From the NCBI RefSeq assembly GCF_004010195.1, contig NC_057754.1:584169-648168 (forward strand): a stretch of DNA of 64,000 nt, written 5' to 3'. Under the pieces are notes generated by a model, which did not search any database, had not been told where the DNA came from, and saw only the letters and a list, made by a program, of their open reading frames with translations. Position 1 is the stretch's first letter; each line of letters starts with the position of its first letter. Shown one piece after another: positions 37,651 to 51,114 of this stretch. Both the position numbers and the translations under genes were made by a program. The DNA is from Chiloscyllium plagiosum. Lineage: Eukaryota.

Positions 37651-38414
37651 ACCATTTAGAAACTCCAGAATAATTTGACAAAGTAGCAGGTGTCAACTTA
37701 ATAAGACACCGAAAAAAGGTTTATTTATTATGGACATTAAAATCTCTCAACAATAAAAAGATAGGCAAATCACAGTCTTAATTGAATATGCTTGACTCCT
37801 CCTTTTCAAGACAAATTGTAAGTTACAATAAATCCAACTCCAGACTGATCAAACCTCTGGCTCTCGATAAAGCCTTTGGAACAATTAAGGTCGCTAATGT
37901 AATGAACCACTGAGCGTGAACTTATCGTCATTGTAGACAACTGCATATGGGAAAAAATAAGCAAGTCCAGTGATACAAACCAGCTAAATAAAATAAGCTC
38001 ACAAATAAATGCAGAGTACTGCAGATGATAGAGATCTATAATAAAAATGCTGGAGAAATTCAGCAGCTCTGGGCAGCGTTTGTGGAGAAAGAACAAAATT
38101 AACGATTCGAGTTTGTTCTGCCTGTTCTTAACCACCAAAGCAGAGTTATCCCAGATCCTAAACATTGTTTCTCTCGAAAGGGGATGCCAGGACCTGCTGA
38201 ACTTCTTCAGCACTTTGTTTTATATTGTAAATAAAATAAGCTTCAAGTTGCTTGAAAGAATGTTGTCGTTCATAAACACTTTGTATTGTCAAAGCGAATT
38301 ATTGTCGGCATTTTATAGAGTTGTGCCCATTGATTCCTGTGTGAGGTGGCCACAGTCACAAACACTACACAGAACATTTCAAAGGACCTGGGCTGTGGAG
38401 CCAAGGTGGCCAGA

Positions 38415-38775
38415 TAACCGGAAGTGACGCAATGTGAATACGGTCTATCGCGGTGGCAGCCTCAGAGAGTGAACGTGAGAGGCTGGAACGGGGCGGACGT
38501 GACACTAAACAAGGGCGAAGTGGGCAGCAGGAGCAGGGCGGAAGTTTGCGACCGGTGCGCGGCGGACGTGACACACATCGAGGGGAAGTGGGTGACTAGA
38601 ACGGGGCGGAAGTTGGCTGAAATAGGGCGAGGGAGCAGGGCGGAAGTTGGCGGGGGAGCGGGGCGGATGTGATACACATCGAGGTGAAGTGTGCACTGGA
38701 GTGGGGCGGAAGTGATGTGCGGAGGGCGGTAGATGTCCAGCGGAAGTGAGGCTCGGCTGTCCGCTTGCCGGCGCC
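38415..38775 (+). promoter_or_regulatory. CpG-rich TATA-less promoter and 5'UTR of B3GAT3
   Basis: Six CGGAAGT ETS-type cores, four fused to GGGCGG GC boxes; TGACG half-CRE at ~38425; high CpG density. Confidence 0.8.
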
Positions 38776-38866
38776 ATGAGGCTGTCGCGGCTGAAGCTCC
38801 GCTCGGTTTTTGTCGTCTATTTCTTGGTGTCGGTTTTGGGCCTAATGTACGCGCTGCTGCAGCTTG
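38776..38866 (+). CDS. B3GAT3: Glucuronosyltransferase I, exon 1 (cytoplasmic tail + transmembrane helix)
   Basis: gccATG MRLSRLKLRSVFVVYFLVSVLGLMYALLQL-G, matching the B3GAT3 N-terminus; donor GTCAGT, phase 1. Confidence 0.93.
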
Positions 38867-38956
38867 GTCAGTGCGCCAGGCGGAGGCGACCGAGCTCCGG
38901 GGTCGGCGGGGAGGTGGGGGATCCCTGAGGAAAACTCGAGAAGGGAACGAAAGGCC

Positions 38957-39456
38957 NNNNNNNNNNNNNNNNNNNNNNNNNNNNNNNNNNNNNNNNNNNN
39001 NNNNNNNNNNNNNNNNNNNNNNNNNNNNNNNNNNNNNNNNNNNNNNNNNNNNNNNNNNNNNNNNNNNNNNNNNNNNNNNNNNNNNNNNNNNNNNNNNNNN
39101 NNNNNNNNNNNNNNNNNNNNNNNNNNNNNNNNNNNNNNNNNNNNNNNNNNNNNNNNNNNNNNNNNNNNNNNNNNNNNNNNNNNNNNNNNNNNNNNNNNNN
39201 NNNNNNNNNNNNNNNNNNNNNNNNNNNNNNNNNNNNNNNNNNNNNNNNNNNNNNNNNNNNNNNNNNNNNNNNNNNNNNNNNNNNNNNNNNNNNNNNNNNN
39301 NNNNNNNNNNNNNNNNNNNNNNNNNNNNNNNNNNNNNNNNNNNNNNNNNNNNNNNNNNNNNNNNNNNNNNNNNNNNNNNNNNNNNNNNNNNNNNNNNNNN
39401 NNNNNNNNNNNNNNNNNNNNNNNNNNNNNNNNNNNNNNNNNNNNNNNNNNNNNNNN
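38957..39456. other. Assembly gap (500 N) in B3GAT3 intron 1
   Basis: Run of n. Confidence 1.
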
Positions 39457-40599
39457 GGAGGGTTCTAGAGGATGGATCATTTATTTTGTTTAAAGTTGAG
39501 ATACACATTATTTTTCTTCAAAAACTGAAATTGCTGGTGAAACTCAGCATCTGAAGAGCGAGAGAGTCAGCTAACATTTTGAACCCTGTGACCCTCCAGA
39601 ATTGTTATGAATTTCAGTTTTTGTTTCAGATCTTCAATCTATTTTGTTGTGGAGTGATTTTTAATTAGTAAGTGAATCAGAGGTTATGGGGTAAGTAGAG
39701 AAGTGGAGTTGAAGATTGTTAGATCAGACATCATCTGGGGTTTCCTATTCTGAACTTTTTATTTCTATATTCTAATTTATTACTATAACTTTGTAGTTTT
39801 GAAAGTGTGTAATGCTGGTCTTATTTCTTTATTTTTCTTCCTAAGCGTTAGTACTCATGAATCTGTAACCTAAGGTGGTGCAGTAAGTGACAACTTGTAA
39901 ACTTTTCTCTGTACTCATTTGAGTACATGTGACAAGCTAATTCAAATTTAATGGAGGAACAAGCCCGATTGGCCAAATAGCCTGCTTTTAACTCCTACAT
40001 GATCTTATGATCATAATTTTTCTCTATTATTATTTTTCTTATAATTGCTCCCTCAATCATATTCCTCAGTCTAATATCCCTCCTCATGACGTTTCCCCAC
40101 CGTGACCCCTAACCACCTCCCCCATCATTTTCCTTAGCCCCTCAACCTCCTTAACTATTCTGTGTTGTACCAATTCTGCATCCCCCCGCACTCGTTACAA
40201 TCAGTCCTCGTGTTCCAAGCCCTTTACTCATATTGTACATTTTAATACATCTTTTGAAATATTTGTGGTTGCCAAAACTTGAGTGTTGCTGGGTCAGTCT
40301 TGTGCATTTCCGTCAGGCCAGTCTGTTCAGTCTGTTTCAGTAGATCGTCATCAGGCCAGGCAGTATCTATTAAGATAAAAACCGAAGAGTTACTGTTTCT
40401 AGTCTGTGACCGTTTGTCACTGCTGCAGTGCTGCTGACTGCAGTGAGTAGAATTGTCATTGCCCCAGCCTCATTATTTTTCTTAATCATTTAACTTTGGC
40501 TTTGAAGGTTACTCCTGATCTGCCCTGGTAAAACACAGGGAGGTACTTTTGTTTACAAGGAGAGCGAGAGATAGAGCAAATATTTACATGCCAGTCAGT

Positions 40600-41340
40600 T
40601 TAACTTCTGAGCTAGTTAGGTGGCAGAAAGAATTCAAACCAGAGAAGTGTAAAGTCATGCATTTAGGGAGTTGAGGCAAGGCTAACCAACCTCCAGTTAG
40701 TGGGAGGATATTGAGATGTGGAGGAAATGAGAGATCTTGCAGAGAATGTGCAGATTCCCAAAGGTAGCGGGGCAGCTTGTTACAGTGCTGAAGAAAGCAG
40801 ACAGAATCCTTTATTAGCTGGTCATTTGAAAATCAAAACAAGGAGGTTATGCTGGACCTTTAGAAATCATTAGTTGCTCCATCACTTAAACGTTGTGTCG
40901 CCATGTCGCAGACTGGATGGAATCCTGCTGAAGAGGGGAGGGTAGTGGGGGTTTATAACGGATGTTGCAAGGACTTGAAAAATGCATATGTAAGAATGAC
41001 TGACTGTTTTCCTTGGAGCATTGAGGGGATATTCAGTGGAGATGTGCAAAATTGAGAGGGATCTGGATAAAGTGGATGGGAAGGATCTGTTTCCCTTAAC
41101 AGAGAGGTTACTGACCAGATGACACAGATTTTGTGATTGGTAGAAGTTTTAGAAGGGTGGTAAGGATGTTAGGAGGCTGGAACTTGTGTGAAATCGGAGT
41201 ACAGTTTGAAAGGTGGCTATATATGGGCCTAGAGTGTCATTATCTGCAGGGCCATGTGTTGCAAAGTGGTATTAGTCTGGGTGCCTTGTGTTTTGGGCTG
41301 GCACAGACTCTATGGGTCGGGAGGCCTCTTTCTGTGTGGC
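40600..41340 (+). mobile_element. Old, decayed CR1/L2 3' fragment
   Basis: Residual similarity to the 3' parts of other CR1 copies. Confidence 0.6.
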
Positions 41341-42220
41341 AAACTTTCTTTAAAGTCTGTGGCACCAGGCAGCATTGCTCCTTCTGCTCAGTTCCAGTGA
41401 TTCTTGCTGGGCAGGGTGTGTTTGATGGGTGTGGATTGAGGACAGAGTGCAGGCAACTCTAGTTTCTTGGGTGAAACATGGTTGTGGAACTGAATCCCAG
41501 CAACCATCTCTCCCTTTGCAGAAGGAGAGTAAACGTTAAGGTCACGGAGGCACAAGGCATTTATGCTGGAAGCAGGTATGGTCAAACCACAGGCATTCCA
41601 GGTGCAGGAAAAAGCTATACGGCCCTTTGAACTGCTCAGTAAAATCTTGGAAATCAGAGGGAAAATCCGTTTAATTGTACATGATTAAAAACAAAATCCC
41701 GCAGGTGCTGGAGAAACTCAGCATGTCTGGCAGTATCTGTGGAGAGAGAAACCGTTAACAATTCCAGTCCAGGATCTTCTTGGAACTCTGTAGTTAATTT
41801 GAATTTACAATTCTGAAGATGAGTTGCATTGGACCTGAACATATCTCTCTCTGGTGATATGGGTAAATGTGAAAGTGTGACAGCTACACAGGCAAAACAC
41901 AGACTTGAAACTTAGAAACTATTTGCAAAGACTGGGGCTGCCACTGCAGTTTTCAGGATTTAGAATTTCTATGGACAGCTGTTATGCGTAGAACATACAA
42001 GCTGGGGAGGTATTGGAGCTTGGAGGTACAAATTAGTGGTTAGGAACAAGAAGTGAGTTAAGTTGGAGTTTCTGTTTGTTCTGGCAATCAGGTGATTGTT
42101 AATGTTAACCTTGAGGAGTAAATGCTTGGAGAAAGAGGGTAAGTCAAGACTAAGGCCTAATAGTCGTTCTTCAGTTTGAAGTCTCCTTGTTCCTTTACCG
42201 CTTTTCCTGTTCCTCTGAAG

Positions 42221-42404
42221 GTCAGCCATGTGACTGCACGCCACAAATGAAGTCTGCAAACGATCTGGTTAGGCAGAAGGATCAGAAACTGCTGCATCTC
42301 CAGGCCGAGGTGAAGAAATTGCAGAGGCAGCTGAAAGCAGAGGAGATGGCAGCAGACGGACAGCCTCTGCCAACCATTTATGCCATCACTCCAACATACA
42401 CCAG
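42221..42404 (+). CDS. B3GAT3: B3GAT3 exon 2 (QPCDC...PTIYAITPTYTR)
   Basis: Acceptor tcctctgaag, donor GTATGG, 184 nt; GT43 TPTY motif. Confidence 0.96.
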
Positions 42405-44939
42405 GTATGGTTCAGTCCTGAGCTGTGATAGTAGTGCAGGTCAGGGGCTCAGTTATGAAGCAGACCCTTATAAATGGTGACAGTTTTTCTGGCCCTTCCT
42501 GAAGAAGGGCCTGTGCCCGAAACGTCGAATCTCCTGTTCCCTGGATGCTGCCTGACCTGCTGTGCTGTTCCAGCAATAAAGTTTCAACAGTTTTTCTGGG
42601 TCATGAATCATAGTACAGCAAACTTTGTTTTAACCAGCACCTAATGAACTAGCACTCTCGGTAAACAGGCAAAAATTATGTACAGCAATATACTGTATTA
42701 TCCTGTCCAATTCTCATAGTTTTTAATTGGTTATTTACCTTTTAATGTAAACAGACTTGTCATTCATTCAAATGGCCACATGAAATATCAACACTTGATT
42801 CAATTTTGAGTCAATTTCTCCACAAGTACCATGATGTCTGAGTAGTCAGTTGAGGGTGTATGAGAAGGCTTTCTGGTAAGTTTTATTTAAGGCAAAGTTG
42901 CATTATTATATCAGTGATTTATGCTGTAAATAAAGTATAACAGTGATGTGTTATACCCTCTGCATTATGTCTCCATTAGTTATGTGTGTTTTTACATTAG
43001 TTATGTATTGATTATCTGGAATATTTGATCAGCTGGGAAATACCTGTCCCATGGGTTTGGTTTAATTAAACTTTTGCTAAACCAACAGCACAGACAGACT
43101 CCTTGCTGAAACTGGTCACTGATCCATCTTCTCTTTTCCCATACACTCATTAATTTTTTCCCTTCCAGCTTTTATCAAATACCTCGTGTTTTCAGTTATC
43201 ATTTTGAATATAGTCAGTATTGTTCTAAACTATTAATGATTAAATATCCAACTTCTCTCTTTCTCCCAATTTCTGCTGATTTTCTTTCTCTCCATTCTAC
43301 TGACTTTTCACTGTAGTATCACCCTCTCAATCATGTTTGATTTTGAATGTTACTGTTAATGTCTCTTCCTCAACCTTCGCAGTTCACAAGCTCTCCCTTT
43401 CATGTGTTCCTAAAATCCACTGAAGATTTGAGTTCCACGTCTTCCTTTTTATCCAAATTAATGTCTTTTAATATTAAGACCACTGAACCATGCATTTTAT
43501 TAAGTAGCTCCTTGATCCCTTACACTTTCCCTCACCAGGACTCAGCATAAGAAATAAAAAACAGGAGCAGGATTAGACCAGCTGGCCCATCGAGCCTGCG
43601 CCACCATTCAATAAGATCATGGCTGATCTTCCATGGACTCAGCTCCGCTTGAGGCAGCAAGGAAGAGGAGCTCCCTTTTCTCTTTGCACTTTTCATCACT
43701 TTAGGACCTCTCAGCTAATGAAGTGCTTCATGAAGTCTAGTCCCCAATGAATATAGCGCCCAATTTGTGCATAGCAAGCTCCAATAATCAGTTATGTGAT
43801 AATGACCAATCATCTGTTTTTGTGATGGCAGTAGAGGGATAGATATTGGCCAGGACCCTGGGAGGATCTCCACTCTGTTGCTTTCAAAATAGTGTTGTGG
43901 GATCGTCAAAGTGTTGCTGAGATGGCAGATGGAGCTTCCAAACGCCTGCATCTCTAACAATCTGTCTTGGGATATTGCTTGACCTGTTGTGCTTTTCCGG
44001 CACCACACTTTTCAACTCTGACTCTCCAGCATCTGCAGTCCTCATTTCTACAATCTTGCATTCCCTCAGAAATGCACTGGGGAAATAGCCTTGACTTTGC
44101 CTGAAGTCCTGAAATGGAACCTGAACCCAGAATCTTGTATCTCAGGTATTCATACTGACACAAAAGAATGAGACCTTTTATGCCCATCATGCCTGTACTG
44201 GCCCTTTGAAAGATCTCTCCAATTAGTCTCCAGTGCTCCAGCCCCACTTTCCCCACACAATCTTGCAAATGCTTTCTTTTCAACTATTTATAAGACAATG
44301 AGTCATAGGAGCAACAGTAAGCCATTCAGCCTATAAAGTCTGCTCAAGCATTCAATGGGATATCGATCTCATGGATTTGTAGCTACTCCCCACCCATTCC
44401 TCTCAAGCTGCTAACTGTTCAGGACACATTGGTCTACCCCATTGTGCTGAGCTCTCTGTCAAGTGGCTGTAGGCAAAGAGTTCTGCTCCCCCTCATTCAG
44501 ATGTATATGTATCAGCTCTCTAAACGTTTAGCCATTATGCTTGGCCAAATGTAGATGAACTTGTTGCTATAATGCAATAACTCTTCTGAACATTTAAAGT
44601 AGTGCTTCTCCAGTATCTACTCAACAGTGGTGTATTCTCTAATCACCAGATGGGCCCAAGCATAAGCAAAGACTGAAGAGCTTTGTGGGAGCGGGCCTTC
44701 ACCTGGTACCACTTGCTGTAGAGATACTGTTTAACAAAAGGTGCCAGTAGTGGCCATCTGGGAAAATGGCATTCTAACCGTTATTTACTGAGCACTCTGA
44801 ATGCAGAAGGGGAAGAAACAGACCTCAGTGCAGCATGTGTTTTGCTTCCCCCATTGCATCATTGCCGGCACTCCTCATGACGTGGGAGTACTTGGTTTCT
44901 GCTGTATGTAACCTTCCTGTGGTTCCTTACTCCCGGCAG

Positions 44940-45270
44940 ATTGGTGCAGAAAGCTGAGCTGGTCCGTCTCGCCCAGACCTTCCTTCATGTGAAGAAGTTC
45001 CACTGGATTGTCGTGGAAGATGCTGCCAATCGTTCCAAACTGGTGGCTGACCTCCTGGCACAGAGTGGCTTGTCCTACACCCACCTCAGCCTGCCAACAC
45101 CCACCATCTACAAGCTGAAGGAGAGTGATCCCAACTGGTTGAAGCCCCGCGGTGTGGAACAAAGGAATTTGGGCATCCAGTGGCTGCGGGAAAACAGGGA
45201 GCTCAGCGAGGAGGCTGTCGTCTACTTTGCAGATGATGACAACACCTACAGTTTGAAGTTGTTTGATGAG
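44940..45270 (+). CDS. B3GAT3: B3GAT3 exon 3 (LVQKAELVRL...RGVEQRN...YFADDDNTYSLKLFDE)
   Basis: 331 nt, AG/GT bounded; DDD metal-binding motif. Confidence 0.97.
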
Positions 45271-46779
45271 GTAGGTCAGCTTTCATTCTGAACACAAGCT
45301 CACCTTTATACTTGTACTGTAAGAATGCTGTGTCCAAAGGTGGTTTGCAAGAACTCTCAGATACTCTATGATGGAGTGATTAAAATAGAGAATGAGTGAA
45401 GGCTAAAATAGAGTACAGAGATCAGTGAACACGCTGATGCTGGGTTAATAGCATTTGGTGCAAGTTAGGGAACTGAGGGAGCATTATCAAGGAGTTAAAA
45501 ACAAAACTGAAAGAAATGTGGATACTGGAAATTAGAAACAAAAATAGAAATTGCTGGAAAAGCTCAGCAGGTCTGGCAGCTGTGGAGAGGATTGAGAGTT
45601 AACGTTTCGGATGCAGTGACCCTTCATCAGAATGCCAGAACAGCCGAAACGTTAACTCTCAATCCTCTCCACAGATACTATCAGACCAAATGAGTTGTTT
45701 TCTTGCAATTTCTGTTTTTATTTATGCAAGTTAAAGGGTGTGTCTGTCCAGGAGAGCATTGGAATAGTTAAGTATAAAAGTATCGAAAGTTGTCACAAAC
45801 CAGACACTTCTCTGAGTACCCCCAAAGAGATGCTTAACACTTAATGCCTCTGTAGCAGGTGCCACAATGCAAGCATTCACTCCCGCCACCAGCTGACTGT
45901 CGTAGCACTGTACCATCTAAGAAACACTGCAGCTGCTTAAGCAGCACCTTTGAAACTAGTGACCTGTACCTACCATTTTAGAACAATGTGAAGGGGAGCA
46001 ATGTAACCTGTAAATTCCCCTTCAAGTCACATGCCATCCTGACTTGTAATTATATTGCCAATCCATCATAGTCATAGGGTCCTTCTGAACAGCACAGTGG
46101 GTGTAAACCATATGGACTGCAGCTGTTTAAGAAAGCAGTTCACCACCACCTTTTCCGGACCAATTAGAGACAGCCCAGTCAGTGATGCCATGCCCTGTGT
46201 TTAATGCATCTCGGTCGATACCATAATAATCCTGGAACGTTGTGATATCGCTCGGTTACCATTGATCTGATGAATAAATGGAGCTACGTTTGTATAAGTA
46301 GTCCTTGCTGCTATGGGAAGGCACTACTCTACTGCATATGATTTCTAAATTAGTAATGGCGGTAATGTTACCACAGCACTTACTAAAAAGAAAGTTCCTC
46401 TGATTGTCCCTCAGTTGTTTCCAAGCTCACTCTGACCAGTAGCTTTACTTAAAGGGGTTTAAAAGAGCTTCGTACAAGGAGCATTGTATCATCTAATCTG
46501 TAAAAACAAAAAAACAACAGAGGTAATGAAGCATTTCTTTTGTCTGAAGTTTCATTCAGTATCCTACCAGAATGAGATGTAAGCTGATGAAATAGCACAG
46601 CCAAACATTCAAGAGTACTTCAAATGTAATGGCTAGCAACGTTGAAACCGGCATTTGATGACACTCCGATGATAGTTGTCACTTTCTGATTGCTATAAGG
46701 GACTGATCTAACTCTGGATGGGTTAAGTGGTGAAGTCATGACATAAACCACTCTTCCTGTTACCTCACTCTTCCCGCAG

Positions 46780-47070
46780 ATGCGCTGGACAAAACATGTT
46801 TCTGTTTGGCCAGTGGGTCTCGTTGGGGGCTTACGTTTCGAGAGTCCGCTGGTGGAGAATGGGAAGGTGGTTGGATTTTACACGGCCTGGAAACCGAACC
46901 GTCCTTTCCCCATGGACATGGCAGGGTTTGCTGTGGCCTTACAGCTGCTTCTGGCTAACCGTGAGGCCAGGTTCGACATCAATGCAGAGCGTGGTTACCT
47001 TGAAAGCAGTCTGCTGCAATCGCTGGTCTCCATTGAGGAGCTTGAACCCAAGGCAGATAACTGTAACACG
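46780..47070 (+). CDS. B3GAT3: B3GAT3 exon 4 ([17 protein letters not shown]...[12 protein letters not shown]...[10 protein letters not shown])
   Basis: 291 nt, phase 0 to 0; GT43 catalytic motifs. Confidence 0.97.
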
Positions 47071-48173
47071 GTAGGTAGCAGGATAATCACTTGGTCACAG
47101 GGGGTCTTAGTAAAGTTAAATGGGTCTATGTAAAATCAAATGTCCATTTATATGGATCTTGCTGTATTCCTAATTCTTCAGATTAAATTAATTTGTTGGG
47201 TGCTTTGGCACAGAAAAAGCCTCCCGGCTATTGACCCTGTACTGGCTCTTTGATAGAGTTCACTCACATGCTCCCTACTCATACTTATTTTCCCTTTGGT
47301 ACTTGTCGCTGGAAACAGTTTCTCCTTATTTACTGTATCCAAACTCTTCATGAGTTTGAGCACCTGTATTAAACTTCCCTTAACCACCTTATGAAGGCTC
47401 TCCAGTCTCTGCATATCACCACAGTCCCTGTCCCTGCTACCATCCCAGTTTCTATTCGTTACTTGCAGTTTAAAGTATACATAATAGCTCTTTGTTCAAA
47501 GACAAATTCCTAAAATTATCGTAACTCTTGGTGGTTGAGCCGCGAACTCTTGCTCCTCATTAGTCACTGAACTTAGCACGACATTTCTGCTGCATATTTC
47601 TTCGCATCCTGTCTGAACAAACATTGGTCCAGAAAGTTGTAATGCTTCCCCCACCCCCCATCTCCAAAAAGACACTTGCATTGCCACAATAGGCACAGCT
47701 TTTACTGAAGTAATTGTCTGTAAGGGCTGAATCTACATTGTGACAATACCTTCTGAGGGCAGCGTGGAGAAAATAGGATAATTCTTCTGTCAGTTGTGAG
47801 ACTGTCCTGTTGAGAGTGACTGGGATTGGTTTAATGCATGTAATTTGTAACATGTAACTGCCACACTGTATAGTTTTGCCAGTGAAATAATCCTAGTTTT
47901 ATTGGAGATCTCTGTAGTTTTGGTTTACTGCGGTACTTCAAGACTGTTCAAATGGCCTGTTTCCACACTGTAGAGAATCTAATCTAATCTTAAAAAAAAG
48001 ACTGTGACCAGTTGAATGAGTCGACTCTGCTGTAAAATTCGCCGCTTGCCCTGGCCAGGCTCCAGTGCATTGCCTGCCAGAGTAATGCTGATGCATGCCT
48101 TGTTTGTAAAACAGTGGGTGAATGCTAATGGCTATTACATTCTTTCCCACCCCCACCACCTTTGCACCCCTAG

Positions 48174-48272
48174 GTCCTGGTCTGGCACACACGCACTGAG
48201 AAGCCAAAGATGAAGCAGGAGGACGTGCTTCAGAAAGAGGGGAAAGGATCAGATGCCCGCATCGAGGTCTGA
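48174..48272 (+). CDS. B3GAT3: B3GAT3 exon 5 ([16 protein letters not shown]...IEV-stop)
   Basis: Acceptor cacccctag; TGA at 48270-48272; total CDS 996 nt = 331 aa. Confidence 0.96.
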   Translation, partial: VLVWHTRTEKPKMKQEDVLQKEGKGSDARIEV

Positions 48273-50966
48273 GCTGGACAGACAAGAGCTGGACAGATAG
48301 GAAGGAGAGCCTTACTTTATTGACCACCCAAGTGCTGGGTGGGGGGGATGGCGTGATGGCCTGCATGATATGTACAGGGAGCTACACTGCATCCTGTTTT
48401 AAACAGTGTAACAGGAGAAAGCATGGGGTTTAGAAGGAGCAGAGATTCCAGCAATTGACACCAGGTATAACACCAAACACAAAAGATTTTCAGCACAAAC
48501 CCATCTTCATCATTTATCTTTCAATGTTCTTTGAAAAATACTCTCTGTCTTAAACTCTGTGTTTAAACAGAGCCTCACTGTAATGACTGGGTGATTTTGC
48601 CATACCATCTTGCTGTGTTTCCTCTGTGAACTGAGTTTGGAGTGTGTTCATTGCACAAATCTGCTCGGTAGCTCTGCTTGGAGCTGTCACTTGGAGTTCA
48701 GGATGACCAGCTTGTGATAGTAGGAGGTTGGGGTCAATAACTGCGCCATCAACAGCAAGTCAGAGGGAACTTTATTCTGCGTCTAATCCGGACTGGCTTA
48801 GTGATGACACAAAAGTGTCTCCCTTTCCTCAGTGCTGAGCTGTTTTGTGTTCAAAAACATCTTTTTAATGATTTCTTCTTTGCCCCAGTTGCAGGGGGAG
48901 TAGTCTCTTGTTCATGGACGAGAAAGCTAGTGGTTTCCAATGGAGTGTTAGGAGCAAGACTCACCTCAGCAAATGGTACGGCTAATTAAGAATCCAAAAT
49001 ATAAAGGGTAGAAATTGCTTAGTTGAAATTTAATGGTTAGCAAAATATTTTGAAAAGTATGTCCTGCCTTTAAATGCTGCTGCTTGGGAATATGTCTGTA
49101 TTTATTGATTTGTGATCTGGTCATTTTTTTGTTTTCCCTTTTCTCCTCCTCATCCTTACCTCTCAACACCCCACCCTATCCTGGGATGTTGGGAATTAAT
49201 TGAAACTTCGCAGACCTAAGATCAGTAGGTTTTACAGAAGCCCTGTTCAGGGATATGGATTTGACCTGATTGAATGGTGGAGGAAGCTTAAGGGACTGAA
49301 TGGCCTCATACTGTCCCTGTTTCTCCAACCTTCAAGACTTTCTCGCTGACCAGGATAAGCTGAGTTGAACACTGCTGTGCCTTCTGGCTCAGCATCCAGC
49401 TGCTGCTGATCATATGATCCATGGTTGTCCTGCAATCACTGTGCCTAGTGCCAAATGAAGCCCAAGTCCCCACTACTAAATAGATGCCCTCCCAACGATA
49501 TGTTTCTGCTCAGTTGAGCAGCTTGCCCTCTGACCTGGATGTCAGGTCAAACATGAAGTTCTGTTAAAGTCACCCTTGTTTTATTCCTCCTTGGAATGGG
49601 GTGTCATTAGCTAGTCCAGTGCTTGTTACCCATTTATAATTGTCCAAAAGACAATTGAGTGTCAACCACATTGCTGTCTCTCTAGAGTAGGCCAGACCAG
49701 GTAAGGACAGGAGTGACCCAGATGGACAATTGACAGAAGTTACGCAATCGCTATTAGCATAGCTTTTCACCCTACATTTTTATTGAACTCAAATTTCACC
49801 ATCTACCAAAGTGGTATTCAAATCTGTGTCCCAAGAATGTTAACACTGCTGCCTCCTATTAACTCTATTGCTCGATCATCCCCAGATGACAGATGGGAGG
49901 CTGAATCTATATTTTCCTGTACACTGTGCCAATTTGTATTGTCAGCTTGTTCCATCTGATCCCCACACTCTTGCTGTCACATAGTGTCAGAGAGTTTGGC
50001 CTGTAGCTCAGTGGAACCATTCCTTTGGCTGCGTGTCTCTCTCTGACCATCCACTTTCTTAGCTATAATGTCGAAGCTCGAAACAATTCCCAGTCTCAGT
50101 CGTGAAGTGCTATATCAAGTGGACCCTTCCTGTTCCCAGTTCCACCAACCTCACTATTTGTTCTGATTGAATGTTCATGCTCCTATTTCCCATTCAGATT
50201 CATTCAGACAGCTCCAATTCTACTGTGAGCTGCTTTCTCTGTTACAAGGGACATTCCAAGTCCCCAGATCAAGAGGTTGATGGTTCCACATGGCTGCTGC
50301 CATCAGTGTGGTGGTGGTGACGTCGTAACACTTTGTTGCTTTAAGTTTTTCAGACTCTGGGTGATTATTGAGAGACCATTGCAATGAAAGGAAGCTGCTA
50401 AATATATTTAACACTAATCAGTTTACTAAGGTGGCTTGTAAACAGACTCCTGGATTGTCACTTCCTGAAATGGGATGTGCGGTGAAAGCACTGTGAATTA
50501 TGAGCCACCCCCTCAGCTGTTTCTGTTGTTTGCCTCTTGAACATTTTGTATTTGGCTGCATTTAGTGTTGCACTGCCAAAGGCTTCCTATAGGAATGAGC
50601 TACTTGAGTAGTTTCAGATCCATGAGACCTTTAACCCCTTGGGCCACACCCTCTATTGTTTATTGTTTCGGTAATTAATGTCAGATAATATATTCAATGT
50701 ATGTATAAGGGCTGAGGGTGTGGTGGAGGCATAAGACTAATTGGGTAGTTCTTTCAAAGAGCTGGTGCGAGTGCTATAGGCTGATTAACCTCGCCCCTTC
50801 TCTCCTCTCCCCTCCCCATGTTGTAATATTCTGTGATTTTATGTGTGTGTGTTGTATTGGGTTATGAGGTTTTCTGGGCTTTTCATCGCATCATCTGTGA
50901 CTGTCCTTTTTTCACATCACCGGAAAGGAAGTGTGGGTTTGCAGCAACTGGAGTGCATTCTGTAAA

Positions 50967-51114
50967 GGTAAAAACAAGGACTGCAGATGCTGGAAACCAG
51001 ATTCTAGATTAGAGTGGTCCTGATGAAGGGCTTTTGCCCGAAACGTCAATTTTACTGCTCCTCGGATGTTGCCTGAACTGCTGTGCTTTTCCAGCACCAC
51101 TCTAATCTAGAATA
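50967..51114. mobile_element. 148-bp Penelope-type mini-insertion with internal inverted repeat and hammerhead-like core
   Basis: 13-bp target duplication TGCATTCTGTAAA at 50954-50966 and 51115-51127. Confidence 0.75.

Noticed and set aside
38462..39554. Long ORFs of 200-350 aa in the ORF track
   Set aside because: Artefacts of reading through the N gap
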